Assembly: GCA_039815185.1 (NCBI GenBank)
Contig: JBCBZT010000107.1
Span: 1-10,515 of the forward strand
Direction of reading: 5' to 3'
Source: Cyanobacteria bacterium P01_A01_bin.123
GTDB taxonomy: Bacteria; Cyanobacteriota; Cyanobacteriia; Phormidesmidales; Phormidesmidaceae
DNA length: 10,515 nucleotides
The notes below the pieces were generated by a model that did no database searches, was not told the origin of the DNA, and was given only the letters and a program-made list of their open reading frames with translations. Shown in pieces: positions 1-7,325 of this stretch. Made by a program: the position numbers and the translations under genes. Numbering within the stretch: the stretch's first letter is position 1; each line of letters starts with the position of its first letter.

Positions 1-395
1 AGCGGAATCACATACTGCGGGTCATACCAGGGATCGATCCGAATAATGCCTTGCACCAATAGGCCTGTTACCAACACGCCCGCGCTCAAAATGGAAATCA
101 GACTATTCCAATAAATGAGGGGGAAACGACGGCGGGTGCGATTGACCGATGCGTTACCTGCGATCGCACTCATCACCAGTACCAATCCCAACACCCACAA
201 CGGATTATCCAACGCAAACACCCAACCCAGGATATAGCCCACCGCCAGCAGCTGTACCACCATACGCAGAGCGGCAATTCCCAACTGTTTGGCCAAACCA
301 AGCCGCAGCACCAGGGACAAAATGACGTTGATCAAAATGAGAGTAGCCGCAAGGGCCAGCTGCCAGTTGTTGATGGGAAGGTAGGTGTCGGTCAT
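1..395 (-). CDS. fetB: ABC transporter permease, FetB/YbbM (UPF0014)-like; partial, 3' end beyond window start
   Basis: Not in the ORF track. Manual translation from ATG (CAT at 393-395) gives MTDTYLPINNWQLALAATLILINVILSLVLRLGLAKQLGIAALRMVVQLLAVGYILGWVF...IIRIDPWYDPQYVIP, open to the edge. The 'R.vvQL..vGyiL' and 'PWY.PQY.IP' motifs are characteristic of UPF0014, and the gene lies directly downstream of a YbbL-like ATPase. Confidence 0.88.
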   Translation of the reverse strand, partial: MTDTYLPINNWQLALAATLILINVILSLVLRLGLAKQLGIAALRMVVQLLAVGYILGWVFALDNPLWVLGLVLVMSAIAGNASVNRTRRRFPLIYWNSLISILSAGVLVTGLLVQGIIRIDPWYDPQYVIP

Positions 396-433
396 GGGGG
401 AAGGGGGAAAGGGTAAGGGGGAAGGGGAAAGGG
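396..433. repeat. G/A-rich heptamer tandem repeat (STRR-like) in the fetA-fetB spacer
   Basis: Units GGGGGAA GGGGGAA AGGGTAA GGGGGAA GGGGAAA GGG fill almost the whole intergenic gap. Confidence 0.7.
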
Positions 434-438
434 CTTTT

Positions 439-1143
439 TTACTGACTTCGTGTGGAGAGGGTTAACTGTCGAGTGGTGACTCGTTCGATTTGGGTGGGGT
501 CATGGCTGGTCCAAATGCAGGCTCTATTGGGGTCGTTCTGTTGCCACTGGGTGATTAAGGCTTCTAGCTGGTGGGTGGCAGCGTTGTCGAGGGAGGCGGT
601 GGGTTCGTCGAGGAGTAGAACGGTGGGAGATAGCTGTAGCGATCTCAAACAGGCAACAATTTGCTGTTCTCCACCAGAAAGTTGTTCAATAGAGCGTTCC
701 AGGAATTTTTCAGACCGACCCAAAATTGATAGATAGTCCAGAATCTGAGACCGATCATAAGTCTTGTTATGATGGACCTTCAGCTGATAAATCTGTCGCA
801 GATTTGACTCAACCGTCCCTTCTAATAAAGCAGGCTTTTGGTGTAAATACATCACCTGAGCACGAAATTCAGGCATGCTTAAATTTGACAGTAACGTTCC
901 CTGAAAAATAATCTCGCCTGATTGAATTGGGTCTAGTCCAGCTAAAGTTCTAAGCAACAGACTTTTACCCGCCCCTGAAGGACCCACAACTGCCAGACAA
1001 TCGCCAGCAAACAGCTTAAAACTGATATCTTGCCAAATCCAGCTGTCTTGGAGACACCGTCCAATCTTTGACGCGGACAGTATGGGGTCAGACAGCGGGT
1101 CCGAAACTGCAGGCACGGACTTTTCTGAGATAGGTTGCACCAT
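439..1143 (-). CDS. fetA: ABC transporter ATP-binding protein, FetA/YbbL-like
   Basis: Walker A GPSGAGKS, signature LSGGEQQ, Walker B LLLDEPT and H-loop WTSHD in a single 234-aa NBD, adjacent to a UPF0014 permease. Confidence 0.85.
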   Translation of the reverse strand: MVQPISEKSVPAVSDPLSDPILSASKIGRCLQDSWIWQDISFKLFAGDCLAVVGPSGAGKSLLLRTLAGLDPIQSGEIIFQGTLLSNLSMPEFRAQVMYLHQKPALLEGTVESNLRQIYQLKVHHNKTYDRSQILDYLSILGRSEKFLERSIEQLSGGEQQIVACLRSLQLSPTVLLLDEPTASLDNAATHQLEALITQWQQNDPNRACIWTSHDPTQIERVTTRQLTLSTRSQ

Positions 1144-1170
1144 CGTTCATTCCAGCTGGTCTTGTTGGTA

Positions 1171-1223
1171 TTTAACGATTCACCACTTACTACCCTAACT
1201 TTTAACGTGGCACCAGTACCCTA
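1171..1223. repeat. Imperfect direct repeat in the divergent promoter region
   Basis: TTTAACG-att-CACCA-cttac-TACCCTA (1171-1197) and TTTAACG-tgg-CACCA-g-TACCCTA (1201-1223); the copies start 30 bp apart. Confidence 0.55.
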
Positions 1224-1240
1224 CAGCACAAACGACGGTT

Positions 1241-1263
1241 TATAATGCAAGCTATTCTCATTA
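1241..1263 (+). promoter_or_regulatory. Putative -10 element (TATAAT) overlapping a Fur-box-like palindrome upstream of AraC1
   Basis: TATAAT at 1241-1246 and TAATGcaagctattctCATTA at 1243-1263. This is a degenerate version of the elements at 6021-6041 and 10058-10078, 27 nt before the ATG. Confidence 0.65.
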
Positions 1264-1290
1264 ATGGAAAACCCTTGACGCAAGTGCCTT

Positions 1291-2382
1291 ATGACGACCC
1301 GATTGGCTCTAAATCATTGGGAAGATTGGCTTCTGCCAGGTAGCTCCAGTAATATGCGGCTGCTACATGCAGATGCATCGGATCGTGTTTTGGTGTGTCC
1401 ACCTGATTTAGGCCAGGGCTATTTTCAAGAAATCATGCTGCGAGATGATTTGGTTCTTTTTATCCATGACTACACCTTGAACCAGGATTTGGTTATGGAT
1501 CTGCAAAGTGAGGGTGATCGCCTGGAGTTTGATTTTCCAATAGTCGGTCCCAACCGTGGATATGGTTTTGTGGTTCCCTATTTTGGGTGGAAAACTTTGA
1601 CCTTCAAACGTGCACAAAAACGGTTTTTCAAAGTTGAGATTTTTTTTAAGCGACCTACTCTGATCGCCTACTTGCAAGCCTTTATGGAGCGTCTGTCTCC
1701 CCAAAATCAAAGTACCGCTGAGCAAGTTATTCGATTAATGTATCGGTACCACGGTGGTGGCCAAAGCTTCACTCCAGCTGGGATGCTAGACCGGATTTTT
1801 GATCGTTCAAACATAAGCGATCCCCATTTCATCTTTGAGCAAGTTGCCAACAAGACCCTTTATGGCGAGATGCTTAACCTGGGTTATGCAACCTGCAGTC
1901 CAGTAACGCCTGTCATGGATCAGGTGATTGGGCAGATTCTCAGCTGCCCTTATCAGGGGATAACCCGTCGCACCTATCTAGAGCAAAAAGCACTGCAGCT
2001 TGTCTCCCTGCGTTTAGAAGCCATGGTACAGTTGCACACCACCAAAATTGACCTTTCCTGCATCTACCAAGCAGCTGCCATCTTAAAAAAACATCTGGTG
2101 AATCCGCCCACTGTAGAAGCCCTTGCTCGTCAGGTGGGTACTAATCGGCTTTATCTAAATCAAGGATTTGCTCAGGTGTACGGTACAACCCCCTATGGTT
2201 ATCTGCGCAGCTGCCGTCTGTGGTACGCCCGATGGCTCTTGATGACCTCGGATCTTTCGATTAGCCATGTGGCTACTGCCGTCGGCTATACCTGCCGCAG
2301 CCACTTTGCCACAGCCTTTCGCCAGCTGATGGGCATGAACCCCAAAGCATTTCAAATGGAAGCCTGGCAGCGTGCTAGTTAA
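1291..2382 (+). CDS. AraC-family transcriptional regulator, PchR-like (AraC1)
   Basis: C-terminal double HTH (PPTVEALARQVGTNRLYLNQGFAQVYGTTPYGYLR...VATAVGYTCRSHFATAFRQLMGMNP). The 'QILSCPYQG..RRTYLEQKAL' motif is typical of cyanobacterial TBDT-linked AraCs, and the gene lies directly upstream of a TBDT. Confidence 0.93.
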   Translation: MTTRLALNHWEDWLLPGSSSNMRLLHADASDRVLVCPPDLGQGYFQEIMLRDDLVLFIHDYTLNQDLVMDLQSEGDRLEFDFPIVGPNRGYGFVVPYFGWKTLTFKRAQKRFFKVEIFFKRPTLIAYLQAFMERLSPQNQSTAEQVIRLMYRYHGGGQSFTPAGMLDRIFDRSNISDPHFIFEQVANKTLYGEMLNLGYATCSPVTPVMDQVIGQILSCPYQGITRRTYLEQKALQLVSLRLEAMVQLHTTKIDLSCIYQAAAILKKHLVNPPTVEALARQVGTNRLYLNQGFAQVYGTTPYGYLRSCRLWYARWLLMTSDLSISHVATAVGYTCRSHFATAFRQLMGMNPKAFQMEAWQRAS

Positions 2383-2392
2383 AGATCGACAC

Positions 2393-2519
2393 GATAAAAA
2401 ATTGCGTTTGAGCTTCAAAACCCCTAGAACGAGATCAATTTGTCCCGTAGCCTAATCGAGAATGATTTGCTTTGAGCTTGATGGCTGCCCGGCTGCCGGT
2501 TGAGTTCTAGTTGTGGTGT
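2393..2519 (+). promoter_or_regulatory. Putative TBDT1 promoter/leader: candidate AraC site, -10 (TAGCCT), Fur-like box, leader hairpin
   Basis: Blocks GATAAAAAATTGCGTTTG (2393-2410), GTAGCCTA (2447-2454), GAATGATTTGCTT (2460-2472), TTGAGTT (2500-2506) and GTGGTGT (2513-2519) all recur in the same order upstream of TBDT2. Confidence 0.6.
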
Positions 2520-4769
2520 AGGGAGATAAAAAAGTTGTTACTAAATTGGAATTTTTGGGTGATTTTGGCTGTGGTGACAGCTTATCTGGCAGTACCATAC
2601 AAAGCATTAGGACAGACGGCTGAACAGCCTGGGGAGCTAGTTCAAGCAGTAGGCGAGACGGAAGAAGAGACGAGAGAAGAGCCAGAAGACGAAGAAGCGG
2701 ATGAAACAGATGGAGACTCTCTACGAATTGTTGTGACGGGTGAAGAGAGCAGTCGCTATGTGATACCCACTGCCACCACCGGTACCCGCACCAACACGCC
2801 ACTGCGCGATATTCCCCAATCGATTCAGGTGATTCCACGCGAAGTGCTAGAAGATCAGCAAGTGACTGAGTTAGATGATGCCCTGCGAAATGTTAGTGGT
2901 GTAACACCAGCTAGAAGTGGTAACGATGGAACAGGGCTACGACTGAACGTGCGCGGATTTGAAGATGCTTCTGTGTTGCGAGATGGCTTTCGCCTTACCT
3001 TTGGTGGCAGTGGGGCGATTAGTTCTCAAGATTTATCCAACATTGAACAGATTGAGGTACTCAAAGGCCCGGCTGCTATCTTGTTTGGTGTGACTGAGCC
3101 GGGTGGTGTGGTTAATCTGGTTACCGAGCAGCCGCCGAGTGAACCGTTCTATGAACTTGGGCTGAGGGCTGGTAATCGAGGCTTTCTTGAGCCAAGTATC
3201 GATATTTCTGGACCGCTCACAGAGGATGGTCGCTTGCTTTATCGCTTAAACGCCTCCTACAGAACTGAAGACTACTTTCGAGATTTTGATACAGACATTG
3301 AGCGCGTTTTTGTCGCGCCCGTTGTAAGTGCACAAATTAGCGATCGCACCGATTTGAATCTCTACCTGGAATATCTAAATGAAGAGCGTCCTGCCGATTT
3401 CGGTCTAGTCGCCATCGGCGATGAAGTGGCCGATATCCCCCTCGACCGCGCATTAGGAGAACCCGATGATTTCTCCGAGAATGAAACACTGCGAGTGGGA
3501 TATACCTTTGAGCATCGCTTTAGCGATAGCTTGACATTGCGAAACGCTTTTAGCTACTACAACATTGACTTTGACTCTCTAAATACCTCTACCTTTGGCT
3601 TTTTGGGATTCGACGAGTCGACAGGAGATTTATTTCGAGCTACTACCTTTTTGGGAGACGATGATCCTCCTTTGGAAAACTTTGACCTGCAGACAAATCT
3701 CGTCGCCGAATTCAATACAGGAAGCATTGAGCACACTATATTAGCAGGGGTGGATCTATTTCGACAGAATGATGGTGCTTTTCTACGCGGTAATTTCTTC
3801 TCGCCTGTTCCTCTTAATATTTTTGATCCTATTTACGGAAACGTTCCTGATCAAGATCCAGCCGATCTTCCGCTCATTTCTAGTACTGAGAGTCAGATAG
3901 ATGCGCTTGGTGTCTATCTTCAAGACCAGGTAGACTTGTCGGATAATCTTAAGCTTCTGCTCGGAATTCGCTATGACACTTTTGAGCAAGACAACACTAC
4001 CAATCCATCATTATTTGCGCCAACAGCATCCGAGTCTTCTCTTTCAGATGATGCCTTTAGTCCAAGAGTTGGAGTGGTATATCAGCCCATTGAGAAAGTG
4101 TCTCTGTTCACAAGCTACAGCCGCTCCTTCGCTCCCAATACGGCCACTACATTCAATGGTGATATCCTAGAACCGGAGCGAGGTGAGCAGTTTGAAATCG
4201 GCGCTAAAGCCGAACTTTTAAGCGGTCGATTGGCAGCCAGCCTGGCCTACTTCGATATCACTCTGCAGAATGTGGCTACACCCGATCCAAACTTTCCTCG
4301 ATTTTCTGTTGCGACAGGCCAGCAGCGCAGTCAGGGTGTTGAATTTGACCTGATTGGTGAGATTTTGCCAGGATGGAATCTGGTGACAAACTATGCCTAC
4401 ACTGATGCCAGAATTACAGAGGATAATAGTGGATTAGAGGGCAATCGCCTGTATAGTGTGCCTGAACACAACGTTAATCTGTGGACCACCTACGATATCC
4501 AGGCTGGCCCCTTGGAAGGATTAGGGTTTGGTCTCGGCTTAAACTATATCAGTGAGCGATTTGGCGACAATGCAAATAGCTTTACTGTAGATGACTACTT
4601 CCTCACCAATGCGGCTGTCTCTTATCGTCGCAACAACTGGCAAGCGGGTCTAAACTTTCGCAATTTGTTTGACGTAGATTATATTCAGAGCACTGGAAAT
4701 AACAGGAACTCAAGAATTGATCCGGGTGAAGGGTTTACCGTCATTGGGTCATTCTCGGTTGAGTTTTGA
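2511..4769 (+). CDS. TonB-dependent siderophore receptor, FhuA/ferrichrome-receptor-like (TBDT1); start codon uncertain
   Basis: Signal-peptide-like N-terminus, acidic linker, TonB-box-like LRIVVTG, plug motifs (TGTRTNTPLRDIPQSIQVIP; IEQIEVLKGPAAILFG...PGGVVNLVT), barrel motifs (FSPRVGVVYQP, NLFDVDY) and a C-terminal Phe. There is no in-frame ATG; candidate starts are TTG 2511, ATA 2526 and TTG 2535. Confidence 0.93.
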   Translation: MWCREIKKLLLNWNFWVILAVVTAYLAVPYKALGQTAEQPGELVQAVGETEEETREEPEDEEADETDGDSLRIVVTGEESSRYVIPTATTGTRTNTPLRDIPQSIQVIPREVLEDQQVTELDDALRNVSGVTPARSGNDGTGLRLNVRGFEDASVLRDGFRLTFGGSGAISSQDLSNIEQIEVLKGPAAILFGVTEPGGVVNLVTEQPPSEPFYELGLRAGNRGFLEPSIDISGPLTEDGRLLYRLNASYRTEDYFRDFDTDIERVFVAPVVSAQISDRTDLNLYLEYLNEERPADFGLVAIGDEVADIPLDRALGEPDDFSENETLRVGYTFEHRFSDSLTLRNAFSYYNIDFDSLNTSTFGFLGFDESTGDLFRATTFLGDDDPPLENFDLQTNLVAEFNTGSIEHTILAGVDLFRQNDGAFLRGNFFSPVPLNIFDPIYGNVPDQDPADLPLISSTESQIDALGVYLQDQVDLSDNLKLLLGIRYDTFEQDNTTNPSLFAPTASESSLSDDAFSPRVGVVYQPIEKVSLFTSYSRSFAPNTATTFNGDILEPERGEQFEIGAKAELLSGRLAASLAYFDITLQNVATPDPNFPRFSVATGQQRSQGVEFDLIGEILPGWNLVTNYAYTDARITEDNSGLEGNRLYSVPEHNVNLWTTYDIQAGPLEGLGFGLGLNYISERFGDNANSFTVDDYFLTNAAVSYRRNNWQAGLNFRNLFDVDYIQSTGNNRNSRIDPGEGFTVIGSFSVEF

Positions 4770-4792
4770 ACGTGCTATGGGGTTGATTTTTT

Positions 4793-5908
4793 ATGTTGAC
4801 ATGGAAGCGAATTACTAGCTGGCTAGTGTTGAGTATCCTGACAGCAGGACTCGTTGTTGGATGCGGTCTGGCCGCTAATCATAACGAGTTAGGAGATGCC
4901 TCCGATGCGGGCACAACAACCCAGCCACTGACGTCTGATTGTCGCTTAATTGAGCACGATCTTGGCGAAACTGAAGTGTGTGGAGAGCCTCAGAAAGTAG
5001 TGACCCTGAGTCTGCATATGCTTGATTTACTGCTGTCGCTAGACAATCAACCTGTAGCTTCCACAATGACGCTAAATTTGCATCGTGGAGACATCTTTGA
5101 TAACCCGGCCCAGCAGATTCCCTACCTGGGCGATCGCATCACGACTCAACCTGTAAACCTGGGGAGTGATCATACGCCTTCCCTAGAAACACTCGCTGCA
5201 CTCAAGCCAGACTTGATCATCGGTGAAGCTGGCCGCAATGCTGATGATTACGATCTGCTATCTCAGATTGCCCCCACGCTTCTATGGCGCGATCGCACCG
5301 ATAAAGGTAAGTGGCAGGAGAGCCTACGAGATCTGGCAACGGCCCTGGGGAAGAGCGAACAAGCAGACGCTGTAATTCAGCAATATACGACCCGCATCGC
5401 TGATGTGAAAACTGACTTTGCCAATGTGGTCACCATACATCCAAAACTATTGCTATTGGGTGCTAACAGCTTAGGTGAAGGCTTTTTGGTGGTTAATCCT
5501 GATAGTTATTTGGGGGAATTGCTCAGTGAAATAGGATTTCAGCTGATCCCACCGCCGCCTGCTGCTCTCAACGCGGCTAGTCCACTGATGTCCATTGAGG
5601 CGTTGCCCACTCTGAATGATGCTGACACCATTATTGTTCTGGGTTGGAATGCCAATGTCAGTGATGGGTTAGAAGATTTAGACCTATCCGCTGATGCGTC
5701 CGTAACTCAGCGGATTGAGACACATCAGGTGAAAGCCATTCAACAAAATTGGCAAGCTAATAACATTGCTCAATCGCTTACCGCCAGCCAAGAAAACCGC
5801 GTTTACTTCGCCACTTTTTATAAATGGAATGGACTTAATGGCCCCATTAGTGCAGAGCTGATTTTGAAGCAGCTGCGTCAGTTTTTCTTAACCGATAACA
5901 GAAGCTAG
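4793..5908 (+). CDS. Iron-siderophore ABC transporter substrate-binding lipoprotein (FhuD/FecB-like)
   Basis: Lipobox-like LVVG-C24. Motifs 'HDLGETEVCGEPQKVVTL', 'PSLETLAALKPDLIIG' and 'YDLLSQIAPTL' are typical of class III periplasmic binding proteins. The gene starts 23 nt after the TBDT1 stop. Confidence 0.92.
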   Translation: MLTWKRITSWLVLSILTAGLVVGCGLAANHNELGDASDAGTTTQPLTSDCRLIEHDLGETEVCGEPQKVVTLSLHMLDLLLSLDNQPVASTMTLNLHRGDIFDNPAQQIPYLGDRITTQPVNLGSDHTPSLETLAALKPDLIIGEAGRNADDYDLLSQIAPTLLWRDRTDKGKWQESLRDLATALGKSEQADAVIQQYTTRIADVKTDFANVVTIHPKLLLLGANSLGEGFLVVNPDSYLGELLSEIGFQLIPPPPAALNAASPLMSIEALPTLNDADTIIVLGWNANVSDGLEDLDLSADASVTQRIETHQVKAIQQNWQANNIAQSLTASQENRVYFATFYKWNGLNGPISAELILKQLRQFFLTDNRS

Positions 5909-5942
5909 CACTCTGTCAAAAGTCAAGCATTTCGGTAAGGCA

Positions 5943-6002
5943 GACACGGAGACGTGGGGACAGAGCGACGCGGTAATGATTGCTCAAGCTCTCCGCGTCG
6001 CT
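5943..6002. repeat. Octamer tandem repeat plus 10-bp inverted repeat (REP-like hairpin) between modules 1 and 2
   Basis: GACACGGA GACGTGGG GACAGAGC GACGCGGT (5943-5974). AGCGACGCGG (5964-5973) is the exact reverse complement of CCGCGTCGCT (5993-6002), with a 19-nt loop and no U-tract. Confidence 0.7.
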
Positions 6003-6009
6003 GTACTGA

Positions 6010-6043
6010 CTATGGCATAATAATGAAAATAATTATCATTAAG
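6010..6043 (+). promoter_or_regulatory. Extended -10 (TG-G-CATAAT) plus strong Fur box upstream of AraC2
   Basis: AATGAAAAT-A-ATTATCATT (6022-6040) has one mismatch to the 9-1-9 Fur palindrome AATGATAAT-N-ATTATCATT. The 34-mer is 32/34 identical to 10047-10080. Confidence 0.85.
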
Positions 6044-6087
6044 CCTAATGTCGATGGAAACATCAATGCTGGACTTCTGGTAGCAGC

Positions 6088-7197
6088 ATGGCGATCCGAT
6101 TTTCCAAACAAATGTCTGACTGCCTTGTTTCTGGAAGCCATCAAGATTCCAGGCTGTTTCATGTCGACACATCCGACCAGGTTCAAGTTTGGGCTCCTCA
6201 AGTGGGTCAGGGATACATCCAGGAAATTCCACTGCGGGAGGACCTATCCCTCGCCATTCTTGACTATACAATGCACAAAACTGTGCTGATGAACCTGCCA
6301 AGACAACAAAAGGCATCCCTAAATTTTGAATTTCAGCTGGCAGGAGATATCCCAAACCAAAGTAGCTTCAAACCTCATATTGGACCTGCCAGCCTAGATG
6401 TTTGGCCAGCCCAACAGCATCAGTTTAGGATCGAGATTATATTTGGTTTTTCTAGCCTGATGACCTATTATCAGCGCATTGCTGAGCGTCTATCGCCCCA
6501 GGCATTGACTTCGTTTAACAAATTTATTGAACTCTCTTACTTTAGCCTGTTTTGTAATCGGGCTGAGTCATCCCAGGCGGCACTCGGCCAAATTTTGATC
6601 CATACACATAGCTCACCGCCATCAGTTGAACTGATTACCGATCGGTTTTTGGCTGCGCCAGAACTTTTGGGCTCCCGGCTTACCATCGAGAAGTCAATGA
6701 CCGCAGAAATGCACCAGATCATTGAGCAGATACTGAGCTGTCCCTACCATGGCCGAGTGCGACGAACCTATCTGGAGCATAAAGCCCTAGACTTAGTCAC
6801 TCTGAAGCTCAATAGTTTAGAACAGTGGAAAAATCCCTCCTATCCACTAAAATTTGAGGATTTGGACGGCATTCAGCAGGCTAGCCAGATTTTAGCCCGC
6901 CAGTTGCAAACTCCACCGTCCATTGAGGCATTGGCACGGCAGGTCGGACTTAATCGGTTGAAGCTAAACCAAGGCTTTCATCATGTTTATGGCACCACCC
7001 CCTTTCGATACCTGCGTACCTGTCGCCTAGAGCTAGCATTCCATTTATTATTCGCCTCGAATCTAGCGATTGAAGAGATTGCCTACCGGGTAGGGTATAC
7101 CAATCGCAGTCGCTTTACCTCCGCTTTTCGCAAACAATTCGGACTCAATCCAAAATTTTTTCAACTCCAGCTTGATAATATTGCCCACGTTTCTTGA
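6088..7197 (+). CDS. AraC-family transcriptional regulator, PchR-like (AraC2)
   Basis: Paralog of AraC1: 'QILSCPYHGRVRRTYLEHKAL', and HTH PPSIEALARQVGLNRLKLNQGFHHVYGTTPFRYLR...IAYRVGYTNRSRFTSAFRKQFGLNP. Confidence 0.93.
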   Translation: MAIRFSKQMSDCLVSGSHQDSRLFHVDTSDQVQVWAPQVGQGYIQEIPLREDLSLAILDYTMHKTVLMNLPRQQKASLNFEFQLAGDIPNQSSFKPHIGPASLDVWPAQQHQFRIEIIFGFSSLMTYYQRIAERLSPQALTSFNKFIELSYFSLFCNRAESSQAALGQILIHTHSSPPSVELITDRFLAAPELLGSRLTIEKSMTAEMHQIIEQILSCPYHGRVRRTYLEHKALDLVTLKLNSLEQWKNPSYPLKFEDLDGIQQASQILARQLQTPPSIEALARQVGLNRLKLNQGFHHVYGTTPFRYLRTCRLELAFHLLFASNLAIEEIAYRVGYTNRSRFTSAFRKQFGLNPKFFQLQLDNIAHVS

Positions 7198-7210
7198 GGG
7201 CGATGTCAAT

Positions 7211-7325
7211 GACAAAATAATGCGTTTGGGGCGCAAATTTTTGAGGATGAATCAGTAGCCTAGCTAGGAATGATTTGCTTCAAGCTCAGTATCTTGAGTT
7301 GGAGCAACATACAGTCCGGTGGTGT
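7211..7325 (+). promoter_or_regulatory. Putative TBDT2 promoter/leader: candidate AraC site, -10 (TAGCCT), Fur-like box, leader hairpin
   Basis: GACAAAATAATGCGTTTG (7211-7228), GTAGCCTA (7255-7262), GAATGATTTGCTT (7268-7280), hairpin 7275-7307 and GTGGTGT (7319-7325), collinear with 2393-2519. Confidence 0.6.

Noticed and set aside
452..911. Plus-strand ORFs 452..736 and 726..911
   Set aside because: They are antisense shadows of the ABC ATPase with no recognisable motifs.
5964..6002. Hairpin as a classical rho-independent terminator
   Set aside because: It has a 19-nt loop and no U-tract on either strand, so it is reported as a repeat-derived hairpin instead.
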